Below, piece after piece: positions 23,639 through 25,259 of a stretch of DNA of 25,259 nt (within the stretch, counting starts at the first letter, position 1; the number at the start of each line of letters is the position of its first letter). The translations under genes and the position numbers were made by a program. The notes below the pieces were generated by a model that was not told where the DNA came from, did not search any database, and saw only the letters and a program-made list of their open reading frames with translations. The stretch is from a bacterium. GTDB lineage: Bacteria; Bacillota; Clostridia; Christensenellales; Aristaeellaceae. The stretch is from NCBI GenBank assembly GCA_963624325.1, contig CAVFPH010000025.1:1-25259 (forward strand). The letters run 5' to 3'.

Positions 23639-24862
23639 GTGGATACACCCATCCGCATTCAGCTGATGAATGCTTTTACCATTTACGTCGATAAGCAAAA
23701 GGCGGATCAGCTCCTGAACAAATCACGCAAAGGTGCGGCCTTGATCCAATATCTGATTCTTAATGGCGGTCAGCCCGTGCCCAATTACCGTATTTTGGGG
23801 GCACTTTGGGCTGATGACAACAGCGCCAACCCCGAAAATGCACTAAAGACGCTTGTCAGCCGCCTGCGCATCATATTAAATCAAATTTACCCCGGCATGG
23901 GCGGATGCATTGTGGCGGACCGCGGCGCCTACCATTGGCAAAGCTTGCCGAATATGACAATCGATGTCTATGAAATCGAGGAGCTTTTCAACAAGCTGAA
24001 CCTGCCCGATGCCACGCCTTTCCAGCAGCGCGCATGGTATGCGGAGCTTCTTCAGCTCTACCGCGGTGATCTGCTCTTTTCCAATGAGCAGTGCGAATGG
24101 GCCTTGGCGCGCGGCACAGCCCTGCATAACAAGTATATGTCCGCCGTCTATGCCTACATCGAAATGCTCAAAAACGATGAAAACTACGAAGAGGTTGCTG
24201 CCGTCTGCCGTGCTGCGCTGGATGTGGATCAGTTTGATGATCGCCTGCATATGGAGCTTATGACGGCCCTGATCAAGACCAACCGCAGCAGTGATGCCCT
24301 GATCCAGTACAAGCACGTGATGCACCTGAATTACCGCTATCTGGGCATCCAGCCAAGCGACGATATGCAGGAATTTTACAAGCAAATCGTCCACGCAGGA
24401 AAAACGCTTGATTTCAATCTGGATTCCATCCGGCGGGAGCTGATGGAAAGCGGCGAGCAGCGCGGAGCATTTATTTGCGAATACGCCGTGTTCAAGGAAA
24501 TCTACAACCTGCAAATGCGCAATCTGGAACGTCTCGGTTCCACCATGTTCCTGGCGATTATCATGGTCGGCAATCCGGATGATCCCAATATCAGCAGCAT
24601 CAAGCAAAACAATATCGTCAACGGATTGCTTGAAATCCTGCGTACCAACCTTCGAAAGGGGGATACCATCACCCACGTTTCACCCACCATCATCGCTTTG
24701 CTCCTGCCCACGGTCAACTATGCTACCGGCAATCTGGTAATGGAGCGCATCAAGCGCGTTTTCTACCGAAAATATCCAAATTCCACCATTGCCTTCAATT
24801 ATCGTGTCGGCCCGCTCAGCAGTGATGAAACACCTTGTAAGCAAATTGTAAAAAAGAGTTAA
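23639..24862 (+). CDS. SARP/AfsR-type transcriptional activator: OmpR-like winged helix + BTAD + degenerate GGDEF-like C-terminal domain
   Basis: The N-terminus (IQLMNAFTIYVD...RKGAALIQYLILNGGQPVPNYRILGALW.D......ALKTLVSRLR) is a trans_reg_C/SARP wHTH. The middle (LLQLYRGDLL....W....R..L...Y......YIEML...ENYEEV...C..AL..D.FDD.LH..LM.A......DAL..Y......YR.LGIQPS) is BTAD. The C-terminus has the GGDEF fold pattern (LRKGDTITHVSPTIIALLLP......LVMERI), but GGDEF itself is replaced by SPTII. GTG start with GGAGG 10 nt upstream. Confidence 0.75.
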   Translation: MDTPIRIQLMNAFTIYVDKQKADQLLNKSRKGAALIQYLILNGGQPVPNYRILGALWADDNSANPENALKTLVSRLRIILNQIYPGMGGCIVADRGAYHWQSLPNMTIDVYEIEELFNKLNLPDATPFQQRAWYAELLQLYRGDLLFSNEQCEWALARGTALHNKYMSAVYAYIEMLKNDENYEEVAAVCRAALDVDQFDDRLHMELMTALIKTNRSSDALIQYKHVMHLNYRYLGIQPSDDMQEFYKQIVHAGKTLDFNLDSIRRELMESGEQRGAFICEYAVFKEIYNLQMRNLERLGSTMFLAIIMVGNPDDPNISSIKQNNIVNGLLEILRTNLRKGDTITHVSPTIIALLLPTVNYATGNLVMERIKRVFYRKYPNSTIAFNYRVGPLSSDETPCKQIVKKS

Positions 24863-24899
24863 CAATTTCTGACGTCAACAGGGATATGACCTGACAGAT

Positions 24900-24932
24900 G
24901 TAACCGTCCACGTAACCAATGCTGGCTATAAT
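24900..24932 (+). promoter_or_regulatory. Activator-type promoter candidate: GTAACC-N6-GTAACC direct repeat in place of a -35, plus a consensus TATAAT
   Basis: GTAACC at 24900-24905 and 24912-24917. TATAAT at 24927-24932, 9 nt after the second repeat. There is no TTGACA-like hexamer at the -35 position. It lies about 60 nt upstream of the ATG at 24996. Confidence 0.35.
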
Positions 24933-24995
24933 GAATCCGTACGCTGGAATAGGTATGGATATGCACAAGCATTAGTTATGTAGGGGGTATCTGTC

Positions 24996-25259
24996 ATGAA
25001 AAAGTCTTTAGCCATTATGCTGGCTGCTCTGCTGGCCTTTGCGTCGGCTGCTTGCCTCTGCGGCAGCGGGATTGTTGCTCATGCAGACGATCCGGAGTTT
25101 GTCGCCACTGTCAAGGTTTCCCTTGCGGACAGCTACGACAGCAATGAACTTTACTACGGCGATAAGGTGGAGCTTGCAGCCACCATCACCGATGCCAACA
25201 TGCCCTACACCATCATCTGGCAGGCGTATGACGGCAAAACATGGACCGATATTCAGGAA
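24996..25259 (+). CDS. Secreted protein, N-terminal part (signal peptide + start of an Ig-like repeat region); runs off the window
   Basis: Absent from the ORF track because it has no stop in the window. ATG at 24996 after GGGGGT. Reads MKKSLAIMLAALLAFASAACLCGSGIVAHADDPEFVATVKVSLADSYDSNELYYGDKVELAATITDANMPYTIIWQAYDGKTWTDIQE. The Y.I.WQ...DG.TW.DI pattern is typical of repeated Ig-like modules in Firmicute surface proteins. Confidence 0.6.
   Translation, partial: MKKSLAIMLAALLAFASAACLCGSGIVAHADDPEFVATVKVSLADSYDSNELYYGDKVELAATITDANMPYTIIWQAYDGKTWTDIQE

Noticed and set aside
1-25259. A window-wide look for CRISPR arrays, IS elements or inverted terminal repeats, integrases, prophage genes, toxin-antitoxin pairs and known defence-system genes
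   Set aside because: I saw no regularly spaced repeats, no transposase- or recombinase-like ORF and no nuclease, ATPase or STAND-type defence signatures. Every large ORF is accounted for by housekeeping, transport or regulatory families.

Overview
This 25.3-kb chromosomal segment looks like a Gram-positive anaerobe of the Clostridia type. The signs are GGAGG ribosome-binding sites, a terminator-type riboswitch, rqcH and ftsA-ftsZ. This taxonomic placement is by eye only.

I call 24 protein-coding genes (2 cut by the window edges), one decayed gene relic, one lysine riboswitch, and a set of promoters and terminators read directly from the sequence.

Gene order, left to right:
- 5' end of a sugar-type ABC binding protein (-).
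- A threonine-aldolase-family PLP enzyme and a polar amino-acid ABC importer (binding protein, permease, ATPase) on the minus strand behind an L-box lysine riboswitch.
- A response-regulator relic and an orphan YesN-like pseudo-receiver protein with no DNA-binding domain.
- rqcH followed by three tandem M42 aminopeptidase paralogues.
- ftsA-ftsZ.
- A five-gene operon (flavodoxin-like protein, FecCD-type ABC importer, CbiK-family chelatase) behind an unusual twin-palindrome leader.
- A membrane-anchored cyclophilin.
- A DAG-kinase-family lipid kinase plus a MutT-type NUDIX hydrolase.
- An MMPL/RND-type transporter with a tandem DUF3221-like secreted protein.
- Divergently, a SARP/BTAD regulator carrying a degenerate GGDEF-like C-terminus.
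- The start of a secreted repeat protein.

I found no rRNA, tRNA, CRISPR array, transposase/integrase or recognisable defence gene. I cannot point to a clear-cut new system.

The most promising leads:
1. The flavodoxin / ABC importer / cytoplasmic CbiK-like operon and its leader.
2. The SARP-degenerate-GGDEF regulator with its flanking activator-type promoters.
3. The HTH-less pseudo-receiver protein.

All functional calls rest on motif recognition by eye, with no database search.
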